From Macrostomum lignano (lineage: Eukaryota), in contig NIVC01002259.1 of the NCBI GenBank assembly GCA_002269645.1, positions 124,001 through 188,000 of the forward strand: a DNA stretch of 64,000 nucleotides. The letters run 5' to 3'. Position 1 is the first letter of the stretch. Each line of letters opens with the position of its first letter. Of this stretch, positions 1-14,729 are shown piece by piece. Below the pieces are notes generated by a model that saw only the letters and a program-made list of their open reading frames with translations, did not search any database and was not told the DNA's origin. Position numbers and translations under genes: made by a program.

Positions 1-439
1 CAATTCGGAGTGGAGTGAATCTTCCCGGAGTGATTTCCAGAGTAATCTAGCATTTCGGAGTGAATCAATTCTTCCACCATCTCCAGCGTGACATGCCAGA
101 GTAATAATTTTCGGAAAATGCCGATACCCTCCAACAACCCCTCAGGGTAGAATCAAAGAGGCAACTGTTTACCTTAGATGAAATGGCATGGTGGAACTGT
201 TTACCTTAGATGAGCTGTTTTAACATGCATGAGCTGTTTACTGTTACGATAAATCATGATCACAGTAATAGCAGTAATAGCACAAAAGAGTCGAATGCTA
301 ACAAGAGAGACTCAGCGAGGAACTCAGACAGATATTGCGTGCAGCAGAAAGTCAGCGGTTATTGCTTTTAGTGTTTCATGTGACCTTTTGTCAGGGCATT
401 GGATGAAATATAATATTACTGAGGTATCTAGAGCAGATT

Positions 440-1060
440 AGGCAAAATGTATCCGGAACTGGTCCTGAATTCGCTAGCAGAACAAATGGGGATGCCAATT
501 TGATCGCTGGAATGGAACCTAAAGCAAGGAACCGAGAGCTGGTTGAGATTATCCCATGCTCTGCTGTTAGAGACCTGAACCTCCTGCACATCATCAGCCA
601 CACAGTTGATGTTGGTGCATCAGACGTGCTGTGGTGCCGTACAGTATACAGCTATCAAGATTTAACGGTGCGGGCGATAACTGCTGCAACGAGATGCTGA
701 GAACACGATTATCCAGGACTCCTGCGGGTGGCTCCTCCGGATTAGTCAGGCAGCTAAGTTAGTGTGAACTTGCTTAGAAAATGCCGCTGCAGCTGCAGCT
801 CGTCCATGAAGTGTTGCCGTCTTGGCTCTGACTGTTGGCTCGGACGTCATCAAGTTGGTCATTATTGCGGTGTGCACCTCTCTACCCTGACTGAAACTGT
901 GTCCTGCATAGCAACCCAAGAGTTTTAGCACAGTCTGCAGTCCTACTCAAGGAGTCGCCTACCTCTTGACATACAAAGAGGTATAAAGTTAACATACACT
1001 TTTTGAGCCGACTTGCTGATCCCGAACGAAGAGGAGATCGGGATGGAATCTCTCGGCATT
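440..1060 (-). mobile_element. Highly degenerate non-LTR (RTE/L2-like) reverse transcriptase remnant
   Basis: Minus-strand frame fragments, in the expected order, loosely resemble late RT motifs: LSRTADCAKTLGL (~L..A...GL), GRAAAAAAFSK (~RIGKASAAF.KL), DSCILYG (~S.LLYG). Many stops and frameshifts. Confidence 0.3.
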
Positions 1061-2634
1061 TACTGACTCAACAGTTACTGACTCCAGTATAGGTTTGGTG
1101 CGGGGTTCCATTGTAGAGCCCTAAATTGGCATCGTTTTTGTAGGTCAGAGTTATAAAAACAAAACTGCTGCCACCTCAATGCGCTCAGAGGAAGTTTAAT
1201 TCCGTTTGTTAAACTGCATCCAATCTAAATTGGCGTCAAAAGGGACGCAACTGTTAAACAATCTTTAAACAGCCTATTAACTACCCTAAAACCTTAACTA
1301 CCTTGAGAATCGGATCTGGTCAATAGAATCGCGTCAGGGCAACCTTGCGGCCCTTGAATGATGTCGATTTGTTTGAATTAAACAAATGCAATCTTTTGCC
1401 AACAAGAAAATGTCTATTGATAAGAATTCTTTTATCCAGCAGACTAAGCTGCTCTGTCAGTCAAGTTCCTAGAAATTTCCGGAGTCCTTCTGCGCGTGCC
1501 AGAATGCGAGATTTGCCTTTCAGAGCGCAGAGTAAAAACACCAAAAAAGTGTAGACTTTGGGGCCTATATCGATATTCTGCAGTCTAAATTTAGAGCCAT
1601 CTTCGTGCAAAACATATTTGCAATTTTTTATCAATGATGACGTTAAGGCTCGTACAGCTAGGGTCGTGGTTTGATTCAGCCTGTTTTCAAAGAATTTAGG
1701 GTCCTGTTTTTACAGTTCTGTTCAATGATCATTATTTCAAAACAGGCATTGTTGTCGTGAAAAATTGGTGTCCATGAGTTTTCAAAAAAAATATTTTTTT
1801 CACTTTTTGTATAAAATTGTTCATTGTTGCAACAAGCAGTCTTTAGCGTACCAAAATGATTTCCCTAGGAAAGTCTAAAAATGACATGAAATTCTATGAA
1901 AAAAAAATCTGAAGAAAAACCGGAAACAAGAAGATCGTACTAAAAAATGGGAAGAAGAGATGCTGCGATATCTTGGGAGCGAAGACAATTTTATATTCAA
2001 CAAGATTGCTGGCTGCCAGGCGTGATGGGATCAATCTGGACCCCGACTCTCCACCGTACGGTTCCGGAAACGCCGATTCTCCACGTTCAAGCGGAAGTCA
2101 ATGCTGGCAGCTCACACCATCGACTGTAAAGAAGCTGCAACCGAAACGTCGAATGGATGGATGAGGGAGCAACACATTTTGCAGATAGTGCACACAGGTT
2201 ATTCCCTTCGCGTTGACGATAGAGAATCGCAGAATGTCGGAACTCCATCCAGACTGACTTTAATCGTGTACTTGATTATTGGGAAGCGACATTTCAGTTG
2301 CCCAAAGGCATTCTCAACCACTGCCCTGCCCCGTGGAAATAAATCTCTTCAGGTGAGGCCGGACCCGATATTGACCCGAGTTTCGCTTATTTTCTGAGTT
2401 TTTAGTTAGAGAACTATCAAACTAATGCAAGAAGCAAAAATTATCCATGCAATTCCATTAAAAGCACATTTTCTTGAGAACTGATTACTTCTTCGGTTTT
2501 ATAGATCACCTTATTCGAGTAAAATTGTCATGGACAAAGATGTTTGCTATGAATATCTTTTTTCTAAAAGCAACAAAAGTACACAACAAAATAAAGCCTT
2601 CACAAAGATAATTGGCATTCCACCCAAGTCGAAA

Positions 2635-2845
2635 GCATCCCCTAGATAGCAAGCATCCCCCAGAAAGCAAGCATCCCCCAGATAGCAAGCATCCCCCAGA
2701 TAGCAAGCATCCCCCAGACAGCAAGCATCCCCCAGATAGCAAGCATCCCCCAGACAGCAAGCATCCCCCAGATAGCAAGCATCCCCCAGATAGCAAGCAT
2801 CCCCCGATACCCGATAGCAAACAACCCCAGATAGCAAGCATCCCT
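2635..2845. repeat. 18-bp minisatellite (AGATAGCAAGCATCCCCC)n
   Basis: Directly visible tandem array; a related motif occurs inverted at ~44910-45140. Confidence 0.95.
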
Positions 2846-3611
2846 GGATAGCTAACTTTCTTAGAGTTTTTTCTCAAGAGTTGATACTGCTTTAATTCAT
2901 ATTGACTCGAGATTTTCGATGAGTTTGAGCAACTGCTTACTCTATTCATACGTCCCATAATGCATTCGATACCCGCGACATTAGGACTTGTCTTTATCTG
3001 AGAATCTTATGTATAGCGCTTTCCTGTATTCTGACATAATTTATCTATATCTGTGTTAATTATATCTATTTAATGTCTACGGCCCGAGGTGTATTGCAGA
3101 TTGTTTCATTTCATTATAAATTTGATTTATTTGCTAAAAAACCGCTCTGTTTCTGGAAAAATTGCTCCGATCCACACGATAATTGGTTGCTTTCCTTAGA
3201 ACAGATGTTAAGATTTCTTAGAAAATCATTTTTGGTTCATAATGGCTTCTTTATGCCTGATTTTTATGAACATTTTCGGGAGACTGATGATCCAAATCTT
3301 TTAAAGTATTTCCAATTTTTTCGGCTCAACTGACGGCTCAACCAATTCCCAAATGAGGCACTCTGCCAGCTCATTGGAAGGGTTGGTCTGTTCCCATTCT
3401 AAGAGCAAGCCCCACCCCCACCCCCCAATCCAATGGTTGTCAAGCAAATCCGGAGCGGACAAAAAGGCGCAGCTCGACTGGCGATTCGAACTTCGCTTCG
3501 CAAATTGAATCGAATCTCAGCCGCAATTCGGCACCAGTTCCGCTCCGACTCTCGCAGACTACAGACGCTTGCAGCGGCGGGAGTTCCTCACACACAAAAG
3601 GCGACTCGGCA

Positions 3612-5614
<2,003 letters not shown>

Positions 5615-6794
5615 GCTACTGAGAGACGGAGAGGTCCGATATCGATATTATCAGTTCACCGCCCTGTCTCACCAAGCAATTCTTTGTTTCTTTAGACTTT
5701 CTCTGCATGTCAGCGAAGGAAGAACGAACCGCTCTCAAACTTTTTCTGTCGGCCCAGTCCCGTGAAAGCTGATGAAATAAATAAATAACCCGAATTTCTA
5801 GTAGCAACACGGGCTGCAAGAGACTGCAATTTGGCAAACGATTCAATTTAAGCAAGTTTTCTTTTTTAATACGTTTTTGAATTCTCGCATTTTAACAAAG
5901 TTTGTAGAGTAGAACTAGTATTGCAAAAAATTACAATAAAAGTTATCCGTCAACAAAAAGTATATTAAAAAATATAAAAAATTGGTTAAGGCATTCAAAA
6001 AAAACAAAAAATAGTATAACAAAAGTATGACGTCATCCAGAAAGAAAACCGTTTTTTCAATAGTTTTTTAACTAACGAATGCATTTAAACAAAATAAAGA
6101 ATAACATAACAAAAGTATGATGTCATCAAGAAAAATATTTGGACATTGTAAATTTGGAGATTTTTTAAATTGATGCATTTAAAAAAGAAATAATAACATA
6201 ACAAAAGTATGACGTCATCGAGAAGAATATTGGAGATTTTAGACATTTGGGCGGGGCTTATTTGATAAATATCCCAAGAGAGAGGGATTCAATTCCCATC
6301 TATAGCCATCCGATAGACCCCTGCTACAGTAACACTAGAGCTGGGGACCATTGAATTTCTAGGAAATGTTTGGAAAAGCCTCCCATTTGAGTAAATTTGT
6401 TACAGAGATCTTATTTTCGCCCGGGACTCGAACCCACCAACCCCACCTCCTCGGGATCAGGTGTCCCGGGGACGCCAAATTCGCATCGATACTAAAATGC
6501 AGCTCGGCTCCGGTTTCCAGGAATGTTCAATATTTTAGCTGGCTTTTACAATGCTTTTTAATGCCTGTTTTGCTTCATCAATGAGGATTTTGTGCTTCGA
6601 TACCTCTCAGTATTCGAATATTGCCCCCCGAGATAATTTGGCTCAAATTTTTCTGTGCCAACGCACTGCCGTGAGTTATTTTCAGCAAAATATCAGTATT
6701 GAAAATAAGCCAATACTTCATTTTGTGACCTTGTGAGCAGCGGAAGGAGTTTCAGGTTTTGCCGTTATGCCGGCCTTGTATCGGTCCGCAATGT

Positions 6795-7165
6795 CAGTAC
6801 TTCGTCGCCGCGGACTTGCCTGGACGGCCTTCCGGTCCGCGTTGTTCCAGGGTGGCGTTATTCCAGGCGGTGATCGAGACCCCTGAGACCTGGACACTGA
6901 CGGACTCGCTCAAACAGCAGGTCGATGCGGCGCACTTTGGCCTGCAGTGCGCCGCCTTCAAGATCGGCTACGAGCGAGTCACCAATGCGGCACTCTATCG
7001 CCGCACCGGCCTGTCCCATCCCAGCGAACTGTTGCGCCGTCGGGGACTCCAGCTGGCAGGCCTGATCATCCGAGCTGAGTCCCCTGCCGCAACGGGTGCT
7101 GGTGCCTTGAAACGCGCCCTGTGACGTTGTACTTGCCTCTTCTGACTCGCATGGCTGGCTCACAA
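6795..7165 (+). mobile_element. RTE-clade non-LTR retrotransposon 3' fragment (post-RT region), frameshifted
   Basis: Translation ...RRGLAWTAF..ALFQAVIE..ETWTLTDSLKQQVDAAH...VTNAALYRRTGLSHPSELLRRRGLQLAGLIIR matches the recognisable RTE pattern ETWTLT...VTN..LY...RRL..AGH..R. Confidence 0.75.
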
Positions 7166-7169
7166 CGTA

Positions 7170-7710
7170 TTTTGTTGTTGTGTCGGTGTTGTCATGTCGG
7201 TGTTGTTGTGTCGTTGTTGTGATGTTATTTTGTCATGTCGGTGTTGTCATGTTGGTGTTGTTGTGTCGGTGTTGTCATGTCGATGTTGTTGTATCGGTGT
7301 TGTCATGTCGGTGTTGTTGTATCGGTGTTGTCATGTCGGTGTTGTTGTGTTGGTGTTGTCATGTCGGTGTCGTTGTGTCGCTGTTGTTAGGTCGGTGTTG
7401 TCATGTTGGTGTTGTTGTGTCGGTTTTGTTGTGTCGCTGTTGTCATGTTGGTGTTGTTGTGTCGGTTTTGTTGTGTCGCTGTTGTTAGGTAGGTGTTGTC
7501 ATGTTGGTGTTGTTGTGTCGGTTTTGTTGTGTCGCTGTTGTTAGGTCGGCCTTGTCATGTCGGTGTCGTTGTGTCACTGTTGTTAGGTCGGTGTTGTCAT
7601 GTCGGTGTTGTCTTGTCAGTGTTGTGTCGGTGTTGTTGTGTCGGAGTTGTGATGTCGTTTTTGTTATGTCGGTGTTGTTAGGTCAGTGCTGTCATGTCGG
7701 TTTTGTTTTG
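7170..7710. repeat. GT-rich minisatellite (GTCGGTGTTGTCAT / GTTGTTGT variants)
   Basis: Visible degenerate tandem array directly after the RTE fragment. Confidence 0.9.
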
Positions 7711-8494
7711 TTCGTTTTGACTCTCTAAACTGAGAGAAAATGTCCTGTTTAATTTGTGAAACCGCGCAGCAAGCAGGCAGTGGTGGGGCAATGGGTTTAA
7801 AAGTCCCTGCATTATCGCTAATGAGATTTGGAATAAGCTGGTGCTGTATTGAGCCGCTAAAGACTTGATCATCTTTTTATGTGTTTTTTGCTTTCTTTAA
7901 TACAGCAGAAAGCAGATGGGGTGCTCCCCGTTTTAATCAGCTGAGGAGACCTGTTGTCTCGGTGTAATTATCGTCTTATTTATAAGCCACCTTGCCTACT
8001 CGTAATCTACGAGCTAGTAGCTGATGTGCATATTGCTGGAATAATTTAAATTAGGAATGTTTGATTCATATTGCTCCAGCTTTTGTTCGCAGCGGAACAT
8101 CCGCGATCATCCAGTAGGGCGGGCAAACTCATATTTGATTTTAAAGACCAAAAAAAAGAAGAAACTTGAAGTAAAGATTACCCATCTGTACTTAGTACCC
8201 TGAAAAGGAATTTATAATAGCACACGTGCACAGGTACATAACTCTTTGCGGTTAAAACTTGATAATTCGACGTAAAAGAGCATGTGAGTTAGTTGGAAAA
8301 TAAAAGCAGCTAATCTTTTCGCGTCTCGTATATTTAGATGAATATGGTATTAAACAGTTCAGTTTGCAGCCTGCGCCAACTTGTTCTGGGATGCCACAGG
8401 AAAGCTGACGTTGCAGTGCGAACCGCCGTTGAGCTCTGGGACGCTGAGCTGATGAAGGCAGAGACGGGAGTAAAATTGTGAACTAGAACTCAGA

Positions 8495-9365
8495 GCACTC
8501 ATAAACTCATGAACTCACTCATGAAGTAACTGATTAACTCACTCACGAACTAACTCACTCACGAACTAACTCACTCACGAACTAACTCACTCATGAACTC
8601 ACTCATGAAGTAACTGATTAACTCACTCACTCACTCACTCACTCACTCACGAACTAACTCACTCACGAACTAACTCACTCACGAACTAACTCACTCACGA
8701 ACTAACTCACTCATGAACTCACTCATGAAGTAACTGATTAACTCACTCACTCACTCACTCACTCACTCACGAACTAACTCACTCATGAACTCACTCATGA
8801 AGTAACTGATTAACTCACTCACTCACTCACTCACTCACGAACTAACTCACTCATGAACTCACTCGTGAACTAATTCATGAAATTACTTATGAACTCACTC
8901 ATGAACTCAATCATGAACTCACTCACTCATGAACTCACTCATGAACTCACTCATGAACTCACTCATGAACTCACTCACTCACTCACCCCTCATGAACTCA
9001 CTCATGAACTCACTCATGAACTCACTCATAAACTAACTCACTCATGAAGTAACTCACTCATGAACTCACTCATGAACTCACTCACTCATGAACCCACTCA
9101 TGACTTCAATCATAAACTCACTCATGAACTCACTCATGAACCCACTCATGATTTCAATAATAAACTCACTCATGAACTCACTCATGAACTCACTCATGAA
9201 CTCACTCATGAACTCACTCATGAACTAACTCACTCATGAACTCACTCATGAACTCACTCATGACTTCAATCATGAACTCACTCATGAACTCACTCATGAA
9301 CTCACTCATGAACTCACTCATGAACTCACTCATGAACTCACTCATGAACTCACTCATGAACTTAC
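8495..9365. repeat. 12-bp (CATGAACTCACT)n / (ACTC)n satellite
   Basis: Visible tandem array; source of the MNSL/MSEF repeat ORFs. Confidence 0.95.
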
Positions 9366-9369
9366 TCAC

Positions 9370-9720
9370 CCGGTCAGACGAAGCAGATCGATTCACTTCG
9401 CCGAAGGAGGCGGCCAGCCGCCCAGTGGGCCGTCGGTGCCGGCAGACGCTCGGCCGAGAGGTCGCGACCTGCAGAGGCTGCGGCCAGCCAAGGTGCGGAG
9501 AGGCACTCGCAGTCCGGTGCGGGCACCAGCCAGTAGGTCGGCCGAGTCCAAGTCCAGATTGCCCGTGCGCAGCTGTACCGGCAGCTGCTGGGTCAGCCGC
9601 GGCATCAGCGGCAGAGGCGAGTGCAGCAGCAGGCTCAGCCCTGGGCCGCCCGGTACGCAGTCAGCTGATGAAGGATGGAGCTGTCTCTGAGCTTTGACCA
9701 CGCATGCCCCGATGTAGCAT
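9370..9720 (-). other. GC-rich exon-like block of unresolved frame (possible exon of an unknown gene, possibly with a second exon at ~8360-8447)
   Basis: Coding-like composition, a strong minus-strand donor (CGG|GTGAGTAAG at 9370/9369) and a minus-strand acceptor CCTTCATCAG near 8448. No frame gives a recognisable protein, and plus-strand readings are also open. Confidence 0.3.
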
Positions 9721-10782
9721 TCAGATTCATGCCTACGTCCGATGATTCCTGATCATCCCCACGAGCTGATGAAACGCTACCGACGCATCCCGCAGTCTTG
9801 CTGCGGAAGCTACGTGCCTTGGATTTAAATGTTCTCAAAAGTGAAGAGTTCATTAGTAAAACTGATTGATGATTTTATGCAAAACTTAATAGTATGATTC
9901 TATTATTTATATAGTAGCACAAGTACTAAAGAATGTCCGCCCCAAATTTTATGCAAGTCTGGGCAGTATTGTATTGTAGTTGCAAGCCGTGCACTATCTC
10001 TTTACATGTAGTTTTCGAAAGTTCAGAGCACCTGGCTCTGGCGAAACAGCTGAATACCTCACCAGTCTGCCAGGAACGTGATTTAAGTTTGAGCAAACTG
10101 GTCGTTGCCGAGGCTTCAAGGAGAGGAGGCCGGTATAAACGTTATACCGGGCACAACGTTCGACCTACTATCATTTTTGAGTTGCATGAAGCTGGCTTTG
10201 CTTCATTTAATCATTTTGCACGCTGATTGCAAGTTGTCTAAGGCAAAGATTCTCATTATCTTGTCTCACTTGTTGGCTAGACCATATTACAATGCCATAG
10301 ACACTCGTGCGCGTACTCGGGCAGTATTGTAGTTGCAAGCCGTGCACTATCGCTCCATTACATGTAGTTTGCTACGGAATACTTTAAGACACTCAATTGT
10401 CCGAGCGTATAGTTAGTGCGGACAATTGAGATTCACTCGATTTCCAGTCTCCAGTTAGAGAACTTTTTTTCTTAGAAAGTTGACTAGAAGATCTTCGGTT
10501 AACCGGTACTTCATCACTTATTGAAATTTAATTAAACTAGAAATTAAATGTTTAAACGAATTACAAATCTGCTTTTTAATTAGAATTTCACAGAAGTCGC
10601 ATCAGGTAAGCAGAGCTTTCATGCTTTCTATTTGATTCAGTTTTTGTACAAACATTCTGCAGATAACTGCAAACAGCAAGTTGATGCAAATAGAATAGAA
10701 AGAGCATTATAAAATACAGAAAACTAAATGCTATACTTGGAGTATTTTAAGCATTCTCAAAACTTCGTCCACTGGCAGATAG

Positions 10783-10912
10783 ATTAGCAATCCACAGTTG
10801 CACACAGATTAGCAATCCACAGTTGCACACAGATTAGCAATCCACAGTCGCACACAGATTAGCAATCCACAGTTGCACACAGATTAGCAATCCACAGTTG
10901 CACACAGATTAG
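10783..10912. repeat. 25-bp tandem repeat (CACACAGATTAGCAATCCACAGTTG) x~5 in GPKOW 3' region
   Basis: Visible tandem array. Confidence 0.9.
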
Positions 10913-10927
10913 CAGTCCCGCAGCCAG

Positions 10928-13281
10928 TCAGCCGGACACCGGAGGCCGATACTCGCACACGTCATCCATGGACAGCTTGACGATGTCGCCGGAGTCGCGC
11001 AGCCGCACCCGGACGAGGCCCCGGCGGCGAAGGCCGTCGTCGCGGTCCGCATCGTCGGCGGTGCGGCCGAGCTTGCCGGCCAAGGTGCCGCGCACCACCA
11101 CAACGCGCACATCTCGCCGACGGGGCACCGCAGTCTCCAGTTCGCCGACTGACATTTCAACAGCTGGCTTGGCGTCGTTGTCGCCATCGTCGACGCATCG
11201 ACCAGCGGCGCCGTCGCGCAGTTCGTCGAGCACGCGCAGCCGACGGCCGTAGAGCCGGTGGCCGGTGGCGCAGACCTTCACCAGGCACCCGGTCCGCAGC
11301 CAGCCACGCCGGGACTGCTCGGCTCTGTACTGGTTGACCCTGGCCGCGTTCATCACCCGGCTGTCCTTGTCGAACTGTCTCTGGCCGATGAGTTCCAGCG
11401 CGGCCAGCGGGTAGGACTTGACCCGGCCGGACAGCTGCGCCACGGCCACCAGCCAGCGGCTCGCGTCCGAGTCGGCCGAGACCAGCGTGCCGCAGTGGCC
11501 GGCGTCTCGGCCAGCCGTGACTCGGCACCGGGTGCCCGGCTTCCACTGCAGATCGGCGGCGGCGGCATCGTCGGCGCCGGCTGATGACGCCAGAGCGGCC
11601 GCCTGGCGCCTGCGAGAGTTAATGAGAGAGCCGGATGTTAGCTGTGCGCCAGGGGTGACAATCTAGCGCCATATTTAGCGCCAGAGGTGAGATTCTAGCG
11701 CCATATGTGAAATTCTAGCGCCATATTTAGCGCCGCAGGTGAGATTCTAGCGCCATATTTAGCGCCAGAGGTGAGATTCTATTCTAGCGCCATATTTAGC
11801 ACCACAGGTGAGATTCTAGCGCCATATTTAGCGCCGCAGGTGAGATACTAGCGCCATATTTAGCGCCAGAGGTGAAATTCTAGCGCCATATTTAGCGCCG
11901 CTGGTGAGATTCTAGCGCCATATTTAGCACCGCAGGTGAGATTCTAGCGCCATATTTAGTGCCAGAGGTGAAATTCTAGCGCCATATTTAGCGCCGCAAG
12001 TGAGATAATTTTCAAGGAACTTGACACTATTAATAATTGATTTCACCTGCCCTAATTGGGCCAGATGTGCAACCGACAGCTCAGCGGCAGCTATTGCGCG
12101 GCGCATCTGAAGGCTGCGTACGGCTGTTCAGTCCAAGGACTGGGGTCGCCACACACACCCTTAATTACCCCAGCTACTGCTGGCACCCATTTACAGCTGG
12201 GTGAACTGAAGCAATGCAGAGTTAAGTGTCTTGCTCAAGGATACAACATTTTTTCCAGTGGGATCGGGAATCGAACCCCCGACCTTAAGTCATGAGTTCG
12301 ACGCTCTTACCACTAGGCTACAACCCTAGGCTGACACTACTAGTATCAGAAAGTGGCTACTCAAATCTACATCTTAGCATTTAATCCAAAAGACAGTCTG
12401 TGCCTTGGCGGGCTGGCCCTCACGGCTGGGGGGGGGCAACCCCCCAGGGAAATTTTCGTGCACACAAGCGCGGCCGGGAATCGAACTCGGGAGACGCGTT
12501 AACCACCGAGCTGCTCTGCACCCAGCCGAAATTTGGGCGGCCTTCTATACAAATTCAAGCAAAACTTCGAGAGCTCAACCTACCCGCTAGCATCCGCCGA
12601 GTCGGCTCCCAGTCCCAGGCCGCGCGGCCGCAGCCGCACCTCGCGCTGGCTGGCCTCCTTGGCCAGATCCTCGGCGGTGCCTTTGAACCCCATGCCGCGC
12701 AGGGCCGCCAAGCCGAACGATTCCACAGCCACGGCGTTGTAGTCGGCGTCCTCCGGCTCTGCTTCAGCATCTTCTTCCCCTCCGGCCTGGTGGTCATTGT
12801 TCGAATCCTGCTGCTGATTGGTTTGCAGCGGCACCTCATCGACTGTTGAATTAGTTGACGAAGCGCCGATGGTGCCGCTTCCATTCTGGCACTCGGCCAA
12901 GATGGCCAGCACAGCCGGGCTTGCCTTGGTCAGCTGGTCCGCCTCCGACGCCTCCGCTGCCGCTGCAGCTTCAATCCGGCGCCTCTTTGCCGCCGCGGCC
13001 CAGTCCCGCTTGTCAGCCAGCAGGGGCACCACAGGCTCGGAGTCCAGGTCTGCGGCCGAGCCCGACGCCGCCTGACCATCCAGCCGTTCAACTTGGTCAC
13101 CCTCGATGGCGGTGATGAGCTCGGCCACTGGCTGATTGGGCTGCTGGCGCCGGTTTTGCTCCTCAGCGACAAGAACCTCGGCAGCGGCTGCACCAGCCAG
13201 TCGGCCAGTTTTGGTTCTCTTGAAGCCAAATGCTACTTTGGTGGTGCTGGCGCCTGGCTGCTCAACAGGCTCCACTGACAT
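10928..13281 (-). CDS. GPKOW: G-patch domain and KOW motifs-containing protein (Spp2/MOS2 family splicing factor); exons 13281-12584 and 11609-10928
   Basis: Spp2-type G-patch YNAVAVESFGLAALRGMGF...RPRGLGLGAD; KOW-like segments and C-terminal LETAVP...VVVVRGTLAGKLG...VRVRL...VKLSMDDVCEY. The phase-2 GT-AG intron (GTAGGT ... CTCGCAG) joins the two ORFs in frame. Confidence 0.9.
11660..12000. repeat. 32-bp minisatellite (CTAGCGCCATATTTAGCGCCAGAGGTGAGATT)n in GPKOW intron
   Basis: Visible tandem array. Confidence 0.92.
12058..12327 (-). mobile_element. tRNA-derived SINE, family 1 (CORE-like central domain)
   Basis: Minus strand AGGGTTGTAGCCTAGTGG...GGTTCGATTCCC (A/B boxes), then CCTTGAGCAAGACACTTAAC...CAGTTCACCCAGCTGTAAATGGG; near-identical copies at 30512 and 52340. 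Confidence 0.88.
12400..12530 (-). mobile_element. tRNA-derived SINE fragment, family 2
   Basis: A-box-like AGCTCGGTGGTTAACGC and B-box GAGTTCGATTCCC; shares GCAGAGCAG and GTGCACGAAAATT with 34385-34600. Confidence 0.6.
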
Positions 13282-14729
13282 TGTTGCTGCAGATTGTCTC
13301 TGTTGCCAATGAGTAACTTACTGTTGCTTTCTGCTCTTGCAGTTTGCCTCTGAAGGCTTTGTTTAAGAAAAATGATTAAAATAGCCATTTGGGACTAGAT
13401 TAGAAACTTAGCTTAGGTTTATTTATAATTAGTACCCTTAAAGGGCCAACCCCCCAAGGCATAGTGAAGTGTATATGCCTAACAAGGAATAAAATTAGGT
13501 CTACTATATATTTCTTAGTAGCTATATGCCTGTGTATGACTATATACATAGATATCTGCTCAAAAATGGCAATACCTCATGCTAATTATGGACAATGTTA
13601 TTTAAAGTATAATAAGATGCATCTAGCCTTTGACTAATCAAAATGATATATTGTTAATAGTTTACTATATAATCAACTAATATAACTTTGACTTTCTATT
13701 CTAGACCAAGCCATATAGCATATCCCAAGGCTTATTTATATTATCCTCAAATTATTGAGGTCTATCTACACCTTTTTGCATTCAATTTCAGCAATCTGCA
13801 TTCAATTTCAGCAATCTGCATTCAATTTCAGCAATCTGCATTCAATTTCAGCAATCTGCATTCAATTTAAATTTGAAATTTGAAAAAGCCGAGACCCAGG
13901 AATCTACCATAGTCGTCAATTTTTGCCAATTTTAGCATCAATTACGAGTATAATCGTTGATTGGCTTGTGATTCAGGGTTGGTTTTCGCTATTCTGTATT
14001 GGCTGACTGTTAGGTCATTCATACTGTCTAGGGTTGTCCCCCGTTTATATTTAACTCACTGGTATCAAAATAGAAAGCGTGGGGGGTAGCCTACTAACTG
14101 TCTAACTGATGATAAAAATGGCGCGCGCGAGCAACAATCAAAGGTAGAATGCTAAAAACGGCGCGCGCAAGCAACAATCGAAGGTAGAATGCTAACTCTT
14201 CAATTTATGGTTAGCTAGCTAAGCTAAGTTAGCTATTCTCCTGCTTGCGAGTTTTGATCATTTCGCGCATTTCACCCAGTCTCCGCTTCGTTTGATTGTT
14301 TCTACGTTTAATATTATAGTTCGAATTAGTTATGAGTATTGGTGATTTATCCGTTTAAAATCTGGAATCCTGGATTATGATAAACTGTGATTGATCTTGT
14401 GATTGAACTGGAATATAGTGCGCCGTGTTGATTTATACTTGATTGATTGACGCGTATTGGATTCATTCATCTGTTTATTGAAATATTTAAAATTGGCGCG
14501 TTCACATTTTCTTCTTCATTCTATGTCCATTTCAACTTTCAAATCCAACGCCTAATTAAATTCTTCAGTCTTTTTCTTTCCCCTGTACTTTCAAACCACC
14601 CACCAAACCTCAACTCCGCGGTCGCTTACCCCCTCCACCGCTCACCACTCTGCCCCCAAAAGCTCCCACCCCCCATCCTCTCGCCCGCCTGGCCCCACTG
14701 CCCAACACTGTACTTTCATTGATCGATCG

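Noticed and set aside
1947-2397. Short ORFs and a CAG|GTGAG donor near 2352 as a possible gene
   Set aside because: No consistent frame, start or recognisable motif; not supportable.
8440-9780. Three GCTGATGAA motifs suggesting hammerhead ribozymes
   Set aside because: No stem II closed by GAAA and no stem I/III pairing can be built around them.
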